This document shows, in pieces, positions 42,443 through 52,418 of a stretch of 64,000 nucleotides of DNA (position 1 is the first letter of the stretch; every line of letters starts with the position of its first letter). The notes beneath the pieces are model-generated. The model was not told where the DNA came from. It worked only from the letters and a program-made list of their open reading frames with translations, and did not search any database. The DNA comes from Gammaproteobacteria bacterium. GTDB taxonomy: Bacteria > Pseudomonadota > Gammaproteobacteria > SZUA-229. Location of the stretch: positions 32,008 through 96,007 of the forward strand of contig JAPHSS010000005.1 in the NCBI GenBank assembly GCA_026195255.1. The letters are read 5' to 3'. Both the position numbers and the translations under genes were made by a program.

Positions 42443-43279
42443 TTAAGCCGCTTTTTCTGCTGTGTTCGTTATCATGTGCACATCACGCTGTGGATACGGA
42501 ATTGAAATACCCTGCTCATCAAACGTTTCTTTAATTGTTTGCAACAAGTCTGCACGAACAGGCCAGTAATCTCCCGTTTTAACCCAGGGTCTAACGGCGA
42601 TATTAATACTACTGTCGCCAAGCTCTAGAACCATAATCGTTGGGGCTGGATCAGTTAGAATTAATGAATTCTGTGCAATTATGCCTTCGATAAGTTGTTT
42701 AGCTTTGCCAATATTATCGTCGTAACCAATACCTATTACAAGATCTACTCTACGAGTATCACGTTTGGACATATTAATAATTGAATCACCATAAATATGA
42801 CTATTTGGTATAATGATTTCCTGATTATCACCGGTACGCATAACCGTATTAAATATTTGGATAACTTCAACCACGCCTGTCGAACCACCCGCTGTAATAA
42901 GATCACCTAACTTGAATGGTTTAAACATAATTAACATTACACCTGCAGAAAAGTTCGATAGTGAATCTTTTAATGCTAAACCAACAGCTAAACCGGCAGC
43001 TGCGAAGATAGCCATAATAGACGTTGTATCTACTCCTAACTGTTCTATCGCTGCAATTATTATGAATATTGTTAATACCGCTCCAATAATATTTCCAACA
43101 AATTTACGTAATGATTCATCAACCCTGGATTTTTCCATGAGCTTAACTACACTCTTGACAACCAATTTGGCCACAAAACGACCAATAACATATATTAAAA
43201 TTGCTGCAAAAATCTTTATAGACCAGGGGACAAGGTACTGACTAATTAAATGAGAATTCTCACTGAATAAATTTTCCAT
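42443..43279 (-). CDS. mscS: Small-conductance mechanosensitive channel MscS
   Basis: AAGLAVGLALKDSLSNF.AG...KPFK.GD, IPNS and GISIPYPQRDVH. Confidence 0.92.
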   Translation of the reverse strand: MENLFSENSHLISQYLVPWSIKIFAAILIYVIGRFVAKLVVKSVVKLMEKSRVDESLRKFVGNIIGAVLTIFIIIAAIEQLGVDTTSIMAIFAAAGLAVGLALKDSLSNFSAGVMLIMFKPFKLGDLITAGGSTGVVEVIQIFNTVMRTGDNQEIIIPNSHIYGDSIINMSKRDTRRVDLVIGIGYDDNIGKAKQLIEGIIAQNSLILTDPAPTIMVLELGDSSINIAVRPWVKTGDYWPVRADLLQTIKETFDEQGISIPYPQRDVHMITNTAEKAA

Positions 43280-43379
43280 TTTTCTTCCTCTTATTTCATT
43301 TTTAGATACTGCTTTGTAAAAAAACCGGCTGAATACCTAAAAACAATGACATTCAGCCTGGTTAGATCTGTTTTAATTG

Positions 43380-43403
43380 TAGCAAGGGCTGTTGCCCTTG
43401 CTA
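43380..43403 (-). terminator. Terminator hairpin downstream of the OmpA-family gene
   Basis: TAGCAAGGGC-tgtt-GCCCTTGCTA, 10-bp stem. Confidence 0.6.
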
Positions 43404-43413
43404 TAAAAGAACA

Positions 43414-44601
43414 TTAATTAAGTAGATGTATTTCAACTCTACGATTATTCGACCTACCTTCTACTGTTTCGTTATTATCAACAGGGTTATCATCTCCATA
43501 ACCTTTTGCATGCATCTGTTGTGCAGTTACGCCCTTTGAAACCAGGTAAGATTTTACACTTTCCGCACGTAATTTAGATAATTCATCATTAAACTTTGGG
43601 TTACCACGGTTATCTGTATATCCGGCAAGCTCAATTTCTAACTCTTTATTCTTATTGAGAACAATCGCAACATCATTAAGTATTTTCTTAGACTCCTCAG
43701 TTAATTGATCAGATGAGGTAAGAAAGCTGACTCCCTTCAAGACAAATGATTTCGACAGTTTACAGCCCTTCAAATCGACAATAACACCTGCTTCAGTTGA
43801 TTTACATTCATCCAGACTATCAACAACACCGTCATTATCACTATCTTTCTCTATAGCAACAAGCTTAGTCTGAGAGCTATCTTTTGATGTAGTAGCTAAT
43901 TCACAGCCATTTGAGTCAACAGATACACCTTTAGGCGTATTCGAACAGTTATCTCTAGCATCCATCACACCATCAGCGTCTATGTCGTTGAACTCAACTA
44001 CTGCAGCTACCTGTTTCATACTAGATGATTCGATTCTGTTAGATTGCTGCTTGCCTCCAAATGGAATGCTTAAACCCACATTAAACATAAAATCATTAAA
44101 CTCGTCTTCTGTTGAAATTGATTCATCATCCATATCCATTCTATATCTAATATCAGCTCTAAATTTCATACCGCTATCAGATACTTCCTGCATAATACCG
44201 ACTCCGATATTAATCATAGGGTTTGTAATATCATTAACACCCGTATCAGTTGACATCACACCAGCACCTATTATTGCGTATGTCTGCATAACAGTTCGAC
44301 GATCAAAGAAATACAGCCCATCCAGCATTAAACCGCGCTGTTTATATTCACCAGACAAAGTTTCAAACTCCAGATTATCAATAACTGCATTAACTTCCAG
44401 ATTCCAGTTATCATTAACTTGTTTACCGATGCCAAGCATTAATCCAATATCATCGTCAGACTGACGATCACTATCTGCTTTTATAAAAGATAACATTGGA
44501 GATACGTACCATGAATCAACCTCTTCTACTGCTTTTAGAGCCGTACTCTGCCCTGCGATTAATACAGATACAATTGACATACCTAGAATATTTTTCTTCA
44601 T
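43414..44601 (-). CDS. OmpA/OprF-family outer membrane protein with TSP3-like Ca-binding repeats
   Basis: N-terminal beta-barrel, two D.D.DGV.D..D.C..T..G..VD..GC repeats and OmpA-C (GYTD...LSKLRA...NRRVEI). Confidence 0.92.
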   Translation of the reverse strand: MKKNILGMSIVSVLIAGQSTALKAVEEVDSWYVSPMLSFIKADSDRQSDDDIGLMLGIGKQVNDNWNLEVNAVIDNLEFETLSGEYKQRGLMLDGLYFFDRRTVMQTYAIIGAGVMSTDTGVNDITNPMINIGVGIMQEVSDSGMKFRADIRYRMDMDDESISTEDEFNDFMFNVGLSIPFGGKQQSNRIESSSMKQVAAVVEFNDIDADGVMDARDNCSNTPKGVSVDSNGCELATTSKDSSQTKLVAIEKDSDNDGVVDSLDECKSTEAGVIVDLKGCKLSKSFVLKGVSFLTSSDQLTEESKKILNDVAIVLNKNKELEIELAGYTDNRGNPKFNDELSKLRAESVKSYLVSKGVTAQQMHAKGYGDDNPVDNNETVEGRSNNRRVEIHLLN

Positions 44602-44708
44602 TTTAATTACAACCTATATATTTTTGTTAGTAACAAAACTCAACGTACATTTAAACTCGCGCAACTCTACTGATTACTAACAAATCAATCAATGGTTTCA
44701 CTATTCTC

Positions 44709-44727
44709 TTAACAATTGTTAACAATT
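44709..44727. promoter_or_regulatory. 19-bp box TTAACAATTGTTAACAATT, copy 1
   Basis: Identical to 45068-45086; upstream of the ompA-like gene. Confidence 0.6.
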
Positions 44728-44743
44728 AGAATGACAGCAACTG

Positions 44744-44983
44744 CTATCGCCTTCTATCGATATTCATTCTTCTTGCAGGCCCAGTATAATCATGACCATG
44801 ACTGATTCTACGATCATTATTTAGTCCTCTTCTTTCAGCGATTGACTTAGTATCATAATCTTCATCTTTTCGCTCAATATCAACTTTGCAGTTTGTCTCA
44901 TCTTTCACAGCATCATTAACCTTATTAATAACATTTAAAACTTCATTATCTTTAGCAGAAAACGTGTCATCTGATTTTTTCAT
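44744..44983 (-). CDS. Small protein with an Arg-rich C-terminus (YTGPARR motif)
   Basis: 79 aa with ERR/DRR/DRRR repeats and a [Y/F]xGPx[R/K]R match. Confidence 0.65.
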   Translation of the reverse strand: MKKSDDTFSAKDNEVLNVINKVNDAVKDETNCKVDIERKDEDYDTKSIAERRGLNNDRRISHGHDYTGPARRMNIDRRR

Positions 44984-45067
44984 TTCTTCACTTTATAACC
45001 GTTTTATATTTAACTCATGTGATTTATACAGGAATATAAAGTTTGATAATACAAAACCAAGAGGCTT

Positions 45068-45086
45068 TTAACAATTGTTAACAATT
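45068..45086. promoter_or_regulatory. 19-bp box TTAACAATTGTTAACAATT, copy 2
   Basis: Identical to 44709-44727; upstream of the 79-aa gene. Confidence 0.6.
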
Positions 45087-45324
45087 GGCTCTATGACTTA
45101 TTAACAGATTTAACTTAACCTACTGTTTTTATTGGGTTTATTTGTTTTATTGATATACACGGAATGTGAAATTTGATTAACTTATAGCTGTGCCAGTGAA
45201 TCTTAATAGAAATTAATTCATTGTTAGACTATCCTGCTAAGTCTATAAGCAGAAATAACTCAAGTGATAGTTGTGAAATGATTAGGTTAATTCTGATTAG
45301 ATAATAAATTTTATCTTCACTAAG

Positions 45325-46740
45325 CTAGTCAACCTCAAGCTGACCATAATCATCTACCTTTAAACTAAGTGCAGCACCCGTTGCAGATTTCAACTTAGCT
45401 GCATATTTATCCGCAGATACCTGGTAAGAAAGTACTTCATATCTAAGACCCGCGTGTTTAAGCAAATCTTTAAAATTTTTCTTATCAGGGTACTCCCCCA
45501 TCATCATATATTTCTGTTGCATGTACCTGTGAATACTGTGTGCATTAACCTTGTTTTGAGTTGAAGTGACTGCATCCATAGCATTACTAGTTGCATGGTG
45601 CTGGTCTAACCTTCGCTGAATTTCTCTGGTTCGTTGAAAATCGTGCTGATTATTAACCAATGCTTTTTTATAAATGTCATTAATCTGGCTTAACATAATT
45701 TTATCTTTTCCCGACCGACTGTACTTCTGAAAATTACTACCCAGATCAATCGCCAATGCCTGAGCTTCAAACATGGGTAACGCGTAATTTAACTCATCTA
45801 AAATTAAACTACTCAGGCCAGATGAAATTGATAGTCTCATTGCTTTAAGTAAATTATATTCAGATTTTCGATACTCCTTGGATCGTTTAAATTCCTGTGC
45901 TTCATTATAGAGCTTTTGAGCTTTTTCATCATCACGCCCGGGCTCTGCATTTTCAGATATTTTATTCTGACCAGATAACGGGTTTTCAATTACATAACTT
46001 TGATTAACATTAATTTGTGTTGTGGTTTTACTGTCTATTTTTTTATTAAGCTGCCCTACTTCACTCAAGACTTTATCTATTTTTATACCCTGCTTTTGTA
46101 TGTCTTCTTTTTTTGCCAGATCAGCATAAGCATTTTTCATTGAAGACAGTTCATTTAGAATAAATTCCAGTTTTGCCTCGCTGCGAACAGCGTTATTAGC
46201 TGGTTGTTGAATGATTTTATTATTTATACTGATTATCTGGTTTTCCAGATAACGTATACGAGCCTGATCACGAGGATGTATTTTTATATTCGTTACTACT
46301 TGAGGGCGTAACTCAAGTATTTTGACTATTTTCTTACCCGCCATCTGCCCTGCTTTCTGAAACTGTTTATATATACCATCAAAATCTTTATTCTTTAATG
46401 ATTCAGAATGGGTACTAGAAACGGACTCACCGTCTAGCTGCTGTAGCAATATACTTACAGTCGCCGTTTCAGCGGCCTCAATGAGATTGATGTTTATCTT
46501 TAGATAACCAGTTTTTAAACCTTGTTGAGAACGTGTAAAAAAGGCAAACCGCCTGGTTTTAGAGATCTCTGCCAAGGCGGAATCAACAGCAGCTGATTTA
46601 ATCTTATCTTCTGGCAATGGCTGCCATGCACCAATTTTAAAGCTGGTTTCTAATACAACAGGTGATACATCCGCCTTTAAGTGAATAGCACTTAACACTG
46701 TAAAGAGAAACAAACACAGATGAATGATCCGTTTAATCAT
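45325..46740 (-). CDS. Secreted hypothetical protein (coiled coil plus TPR-like helices)
   Basis: Signal peptide (..LKA-D), AAGGA RBS and the helical repeat AQKLYNEAQEF...SEYNLLKAMRL. Confidence 0.75.
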   Translation of the reverse strand: MIKRIIHLCLFLFTVLSAIHLKADVSPVVLETSFKIGAWQPLPEDKIKSAAVDSALAEISKTRRFAFFTRSQQGLKTGYLKININLIEAAETATVSILLQQLDGESVSSTHSESLKNKDFDGIYKQFQKAGQMAGKKIVKILELRPQVVTNIKIHPRDQARIRYLENQIISINNKIIQQPANNAVRSEAKLEFILNELSSMKNAYADLAKKEDIQKQGIKIDKVLSEVGQLNKKIDSKTTTQINVNQSYVIENPLSGQNKISENAEPGRDDEKAQKLYNEAQEFKRSKEYRKSEYNLLKAMRLSISSGLSSLILDELNYALPMFEAQALAIDLGSNFQKYSRSGKDKIMLSQINDIYKKALVNNQHDFQRTREIQRRLDQHHATSNAMDAVTSTQNKVNAHSIHRYMQQKYMMMGEYPDKKNFKDLLKHAGLRYEVLSYQVSADKYAAKLKSATGAALSLKVDDYGQLEVD

Positions 46741-46900
46741 GTTTTTCCTTTAAATTAATAACTTATTGAACATAAAATAATGTAACTCATAAATCAACTT
46801 TTTATAATATCAGGCATTATCAAATATTGAACCAGAAGCACTCTTTATGGTTTACTATAATTGTTAAATTATAGCTAATTCATCTATTAAGGAGATTTAA

Positions 46901-47068
46901 ATGAAACTTACTATTAAACCTGCAATCATTTTAATACTTGCCGCCATGGCAATTGCCAGTTGCTCTAGTACATCGGGTCCAGCAAGAGATCCTTATAATG
47001 ATGCTGATTCGCAGAGATCAAGATCAGGTCAGGCGCAGGACGAGATGAGCAGAGATATCCCCAGATAA
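46901..47068 (+). CDS. Small lipoprotein (55 aa), not in the ORF track
   Basis: AAGGAG RBS then MKLTIKPAIILILAAMAIASCSSTSGPARDPYNDADSQRSRSGQAQDEMSRDIPR*. Lipobox IAS-C; an imperfect hairpin follows at about 47093-47135. Confidence 0.75.
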   Translation: MKLTIKPAIILILAAMAIASCSSTSGPARDPYNDADSQRSRSGQAQDEMSRDIPR

Positions 47069-47517
47069 GCGGAGATTCTGTTATTTGCCCAGCTTAAGCC
47101 TTGCTCCTAATGTTATGAAAGAGTAAGACTTAAGCCTCAACAGGCTTAGATAATCAAACAGAAGTTCTCTTTATAAGCTTAAATATACAGGCTTAGGAGT
47201 TGCGACTGCTTATCAATATTATCAAGTTTTAGCTTATTCTAAATATTTAGCAGGCCACTTTAATCAGGAAATGCCGCGGCGGATGACAACCATGATTTAG
47301 TCTTTTACAGATATATATACATTGATTTGTGTGTAAACGTTGGCCTGGCCCTGGAAGCCGCGTAAAAGCAGATAAAGACATGTAACATACTGTTATTTAG
47401 ACTATTTTAAATATTTTCCGTTTTCACACTCTATGCTTTACACAGTTAGTTATAGTGCCAGGCTGTTTAAAGTTATCAAAAATATATTATAAGAAAGACA
47501 TTAAAACACACTAAATA

Positions 47518-47546
47518 TTGACATAAGGTTTGAAATTACGTATGAT
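47518..47546 (+). promoter_or_regulatory. Sigma-70 promoter of the cold-shock gene (long 5' UTR)
   Basis: TTGACA-N17-TATGAT, implying a leader of about 150 nt as is typical of cspA-like genes. Confidence 0.75.
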
Positions 47547-47705
47547 CCATTCAGCTTTAAAGTAGTTCTTATATTTATGCAACACCTTTTCGATGTCACA
47601 TCATTAGTTTCTCGTCCTGTTATTCATAATTTGTAGCAACACATTCAGCTAAACGACTTCAATTTGAAGTTATATTTTTTATATTATTATTAATAGGATA
47701 CAACT

Positions 47706-47912
47706 ATGTCTACTACAACTGGCACCGTAAAATGGTTTAACGAATCTAAAGGTTTTGGCTTTATCGAACAGGAAAATGGCGCAGATGTTTTTGCTCATTT
47801 CAGTGCAATTTCTGGTTCAGGTTTTAAAACATTAACTGAAGGCCAAAAAGTCGAATTCACAGTTACAGACGGTCAAAAAGGCCCACAAGCTGAGAATATC
47901 GTAGCACTTTAA
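47706..47912 (+). CDS. Cold-shock protein (CspA family)
   Basis: [15 protein letters not shown] (RNP1), VFAHFSAI (RNP2) and [10 protein letters not shown]. Confidence 0.97.
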   Translation: MSTTTGTVKWFNESKGFGFIEQENGADVFAHFSAISGSGFKTLTEGQKVEFTVTDGQKGPQAENIVAL

Positions 47913-47921
47913 TTACGATAC

Positions 47922-48012
47922 AAGTGACCTGTTTTTTATTAAACAGGTCACTTTTACATTTATTTATAAATGTAAAAAAGGGTAAAGCCAGATGGCCTTA
48001 CCCTTTTTTTTG
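47922..48012 (+). terminator. Three consecutive hairpins ending in a rho-independent terminator
   Basis: AAGTGACCTGTTT/AAACAGGTCACTT, then TTTTACATTTA/TAAATGTAAAA, then AAAAAAGGGTAA...TTACCCTTTTTTTTT. Confidence 0.85.
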
Positions 48013-48152
48013 TCTACAATAAACCGATAAATACAAACCTGACAAACGATGAATTAAATAACACATTTGAGAAAGAGTGAAAGACTCTTAATATTAAAAT
48101 TAGCATTTTTTCAGGTGTAGTTAAAATTAAATAATAATTACCATGGCGATAA

Positions 48153-48755
48153 TTATCCTAGTGCCTTGTTAATTAAAGGCACTAGCGACTCAGGCAATTT
48201 AAGAGCACCGGACAATGCAAACTGCTGACCTCTCGTAGACATCTTTTTCCAGGTCTTACGGATAATTTCTATCCATTTTTCTTCACTGTAATCAGGGTGT
48301 TTCTGTACAAAGTCAAACAGGTAATATTCTATAAATACCAAATCAACAACATCTTCCAGTAATTGTGTATCTGAGTTGCTTTTAATGGCCTTTTTACCGA
48401 CCATTTTTTTTGCACGTTCAACATCTTCTGATGAATAACCGGCTTTTAACATCAAGTCACCCATTGTCTCAGCATGAAACTTATACAGATCTGTTCGCCA
48501 TTTTAAATATCCTATACGATCCATAGGGTAAGCATCTCGAGGTGATTTCCAGCGTTGAATATGCTGTGAGCGTATTGCAAGTTTACAAATATCATCAGCT
48601 TCTGGTTCATAACGCTGAAGAATTTCAGACATACGATGAGAATAAAGAAGCTCTTTCGGCCACTGCTTGTTATTTTCATCAGTGACCTGATTCGGATCTT
48701 CACTATTAGCAGCATCGATGAGTTCAAGTGCTTTTTCATAAACAGTTTGTGACAT
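48153..48755 (-). CDS. DUF4202 domain protein
   Basis: IDAANSEDPN, ELLYS.RM, QHI.RW..PR..YP..R.GYL.WR, QLLEDV...F.E.Y and KTWKKMS. Confidence 0.88.
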   Translation of the reverse strand: MSQTVYEKALELIDAANSEDPNQVTDENNKQWPKELLYSHRMSEILQRYEPEADDICKLAIRSQHIQRWKSPRDAYPMDRIGYLKWRTDLYKFHAETMGDLMLKAGYSSEDVERAKKMVGKKAIKSNSDTQLLEDVVDLVFIEYYLFDFVQKHPDYSEEKWIEIIRKTWKKMSTRGQQFALSGALKLPESLVPLINKALG

Positions 48756-49687
48756 ATTAAATCTCCAGTAACTGCCTGACCGTAGGTGCGATTGACAGTT
48801 AATACTATAGGGGTTCACATTAATTAAAGACTAAAACGAGATTTAATCTTTAACATGAATGACTGCGATAAAGGCATAATTTTAAAAGTTACACCCGTAA
48901 TTTACTATTAACCCGTAATGATACAAGTTAAGCACTCCCCTTACCATAATATATTGCAATCAATTTTTGACACTCTGAGTGAATCTTAGGCAGATTACCG
49001 AATTAAGTATGTTAATTAATTTTATTTTCTCAATAAAATATATGCAGCACTAAACTAAAACCGCTAGCTTTACAATAAATTTAAATCACTTTCAAGTATC
49101 AGGATGACAAGCCTTTAGTAATACCTCGATATTAACCATATAGAATGTATATGAATAATAAACCAGAATATTTGATCAATTAATCTGACATTAAAGTTAT
49201 ATTTTATTTCTATGTTTATATAAGTTGATAAGATTGAAGTAAAATAAAAAAAGTGACACTCCTGTTGTATATCTGATAAGAAACAAGTTATAAAACTGTC
49301 ACTCTGAATGCGTGAAAACCACAGCAAACTAAGTGTTTTCTGGTTGCCTTAGAATAGATATTTTCTGTTAGTTAGCAAATTTCCAGATATTCTTAATACA
49401 TCTTTTAACTAACTCTATCTGAAAAATAAAAATATAGTGTGTTCATAACGTATAGCTTAAAGCATACGAGGTATGTTTATATACATATGTAACTGTAAGA
49501 TGAAAAAGTCTTTGCTGCCTTTAAATAATGATTAGCATTGTTTTGTGCAGCACTGTTTAAGCAGAACATAATGGTGAATCAGATGTAATACAGTTATTGT
49601 ATTTATGTCAAAAATAAATAGATATCAAATGCCACATTACATTTTTTCTAATCAGGCATGAGGGTTTAGGTAGATTAAAATTTAAAC

Positions 49688-50650
49688 TTATTTAGCAAGA
49701 CAAACCTTGTTTCTTCCACTGTTTTTTGCCTCATACAATGCAGTATCTGCTCTAGTCAACCAGTTACTCGCTGTTTCACCACTAATATATTCGGCAGTAC
49801 CCAATGATATTGTTATCTTTTGGGCATCTAACCATTCTGCTGATTCTATTAAGAGCCTTATCTCCTCAGATATCCTTTCTGCTGACATTAAATCTGCGCC
49901 CGTCAGTAACACTACAAACTCTTCACCACCTAACCGATACATAGTATCTGTCTCGCGTATGCGTGCATTAATCAACTTAACTAAATTAACCAGCACTTTA
50001 TCCCCGGCGGCATGGCCAAAATTATCATTAATTCGTTTAAAGTGATCAACATCAATCAATACAAGTGAAATAGGTTGTAGTGACCGTTTTACATTCGCAA
50101 TAACATCATCTAACTTTTCATCAAATGCGCGACGATTACCCGCATTAGTTAATGGGTCTGTTCTTACTAATAATGCCAGTTGATCGCGTTGCCTAATTTG
50201 ACCCATAGCAAATATATATGCGAAGGCGTTATTGACCATCAATGTCATAACAATTGCCATAAACATCGATGTCTCAAGATGTTTAGCTAACAAAGGAGCA
50301 AGTATGGCTGCTGCCAATAAGCATAAAAAAACAGCCGTTCTTGGGGCAAGCACAAAATACATACCTACCATAGTAGGGTAAGCCCAATAAATTAGAGACG
50401 GCCCTTTTATATAAATTACAGTACACATACCACCTAAAGACAATATGCTTAAGATAATAGCTGTATATTGTGTTTTTCTTGTTAGATATACATATACACC
50501 AAGTATCAAAAACCCCAGAACTAATGACGAATCAACTAAGGCAATTATCCATTCACTCTTGATAATTCTCATGGTTGCAAATGGTGATATTGCAAAAGCA
50601 GCTCCAAATGCCATTGCCATAATAATATATTCTTTGCTGGTCCTGCTCAT
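49688..50650 (-). CDS. Membrane diguanylate cyclase
   Basis: 5-6 TM segments, TDPLT...NRR, DVDHFK.IND.FGH..GD, I-site RETD and GGEEF. Confidence 0.93.
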   Translation of the reverse strand: MSRTSKEYIIMAMAFGAAFAISPFATMRIIKSEWIIALVDSSLVLGFLILGVYVYLTRKTQYTAIILSILSLGGMCTVIYIKGPSLIYWAYPTMVGMYFVLAPRTAVFLCLLAAAILAPLLAKHLETSMFMAIVMTLMVNNAFAYIFAMGQIRQRDQLALLVRTDPLTNAGNRRAFDEKLDDVIANVKRSLQPISLVLIDVDHFKRINDNFGHAAGDKVLVNLVKLINARIRETDTMYRLGGEEFVVLLTGADLMSAERISEEIRLLIESAEWLDAQKITISLGTAEYISGETASNWLTRADTALYEAKNSGRNKVCLAK

Positions 50651-50969
50651 ATAATATTTTCTTTTTAGTTCGCTTAATCCAGTTTAATAAATTAGATTGA
50701 ATTAGTCGATAAGTGAAAACTGACAAAGTTGAGAGTCTGAAAAAACAATTGAATTACTAGCTAACATAAAACATTTTATTACTCTTAGAGTTTTAAAATA
50801 ATCTGATAATTTCATCTTTAACACGGCTTAAAATCGCGACTCTGCACGAACACTTTATATTAAAAATAAATAATAACTGACATTCAATCATTGTAAGCTT
50901 ATTAATAGAAAACCAGAAACTAACAACACCAATAATGCATTAATAGTAACCTGATATATAAACTTTCGA

Positions 50970-51350
50970 TTATACTTTTTTCGCCATCTTACTGGCTTCA
51001 CGTTCAAGCGCAGCATCATTAACAATATTTAGACCAGATGAACCGGCATTAATGCGAATAACTTGAGCATCTCGTGGCCCGGACATAGTCGCCTGAACAG
51101 GTGTGCCGCTCATTTGAAACGTGGGTTTCACCTTGCCCTGTTTTTGCTGCACGACATGCCAGGCTTCATGGGCTAAATGTTTCTCCTGACCGGGAGCAAT
51201 ATGAATATCAGTGCCCTGTGCGTACGCAAGAGCACCAATTTGAGCTGGCTTAGAACTATTATAGTGAACCTTTACATTATGAAGACTTAAACCAGAAAGA
51301 TTTTCCAGACCTGACTTTAGGCTATCAGGTAAACCTGTGTTATTTGGCAT
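50970..51350 (-). CDS. Stand-alone DUF4157 (eCIS-associated core) protein
   Basis: NNTGLPDSLKSG.E.LSG....VKVHYNS.KPAQ..A.AYAQG.DIH..PGQEKHL.HEAWHVVQQKQG.VKPT and LEREA. Confidence 0.88.
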   Translation of the reverse strand: MPNNTGLPDSLKSGLENLSGLSLHNVKVHYNSSKPAQIGALAYAQGTDIHIAPGQEKHLAHEAWHVVQQKQGKVKPTFQMSGTPVQATMSGPRDAQVIRINAGSSGLNIVNDAALEREASKMAKKV

Positions 51351-51517
51351 TTATTAGCTTCTTATAATATAGAGTCATTTGAAGTTATAACTATACGCTA
51401 TATTTATCAGAAAGCGTGGAGAAACCACACATAAATCAATTAAAGACTGTGTTGAGTACTTTTGCAAAAAAGTAAGGGGGATTATCGGGGCTTAAACCAC
51501 GCCATTATGTGCTTTAA

Positions 51518-52030
51518 TTAGTTAGTAAATAAATTACCTAATGCCGACTCACAAGGTATCCACATATGATTCGAATCGAACTCAACCCAGTCTGCTTTAT
51601 TCTTAATAAGTGAAAATAGTTCATTTGAAATAACCAGACCTTCTGTTGATTCTATATCTACAATTTTTCCTTCTTCATTATACTTGAGATAATCGTATAA
51701 CTTACCGATTTCCCAGCCGACCAATGCGATTTGAAATTTAGGTAAATCTTTAATAAATTCATACATATGTATACTAAGATTTAAACATTCCTTGTCATCA
51801 ACTTTGTGCATAAAGCCGTCATCATCAAACGGGACAGCTAAACCCACATTCTTTGGAATTACATTTAACTGTTCATAAGCAGTGTTATCGAAACCATGAA
51901 ATACGTTATCTAAGGGATGGAAATGAATGTTTTTATAGGGCGTTACCCTTTTATCAAGAAGCGAGGAAAACTCGTGAATATTAATAACTTCATCCAGGAA
52001 ACTAATTTGCAGATCAAAACAGATAGCCAT
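51518..52030 (-). CDS. Hypothetical acidic protein
   Basis: 170-aa ORF upstream of and co-directional with the DUF4157 gene. Confidence 0.65.
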   Translation of the reverse strand: MAICFDLQISFLDEVINIHEFSSLLDKRVTPYKNIHFHPLDNVFHGFDNTAYEQLNVIPKNVGLAVPFDDDGFMHKVDDKECLNLSIHMYEFIKDLPKFQIALVGWEIGKLYDYLKYNEEGKIVDIESTEGLVISNELFSLIKNKADWVEFDSNHMWIPCESALGNLFTN

Positions 52031-52418
52031 AATTTTCTCATTTATAGAACAACTGCGTATGGTTAAAACAAATTCAATAAACTATATAGAATAAATTAAT
52101 CCCAAAACCTGAACCAGTTCAAAAAATTAAATTTCAGAACAGGTAACTTGTAAATCGTCACTAAACAGCAGAATTCATTAATATTATAAAATATAAATTT
52201 AGTAATCTATAATAAACTATCAGGCTTTAATCTCAGATAATCTAAAGTACACGGGCATTTTATTAACCGAGAACAATCAAAACTCCATATTTTGAAACAG
52301 ATAAAGACAATATAACTAAAACCCATAGTAAACTATTAATATAAACATCAGACGAAAGATAATGATTCAAAAGCTTAATTATCGTATAATTCTGCTTCTA
52401 TTATAAAAACCGCTCACA

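Noticed and set aside
48893..48919. ACCCGTAAT direct repeat (2 copies)
   Set aside because: Too short and too few to distinguish from chance; not a CRISPR or iteron array.
49115..49327. 70-aa ORF in the long AT-rich spacer 48760-49690
   Set aside because: TTG start, no RBS and low-complexity composition. I saw no recognisable RNA or repeat in the spacer either.
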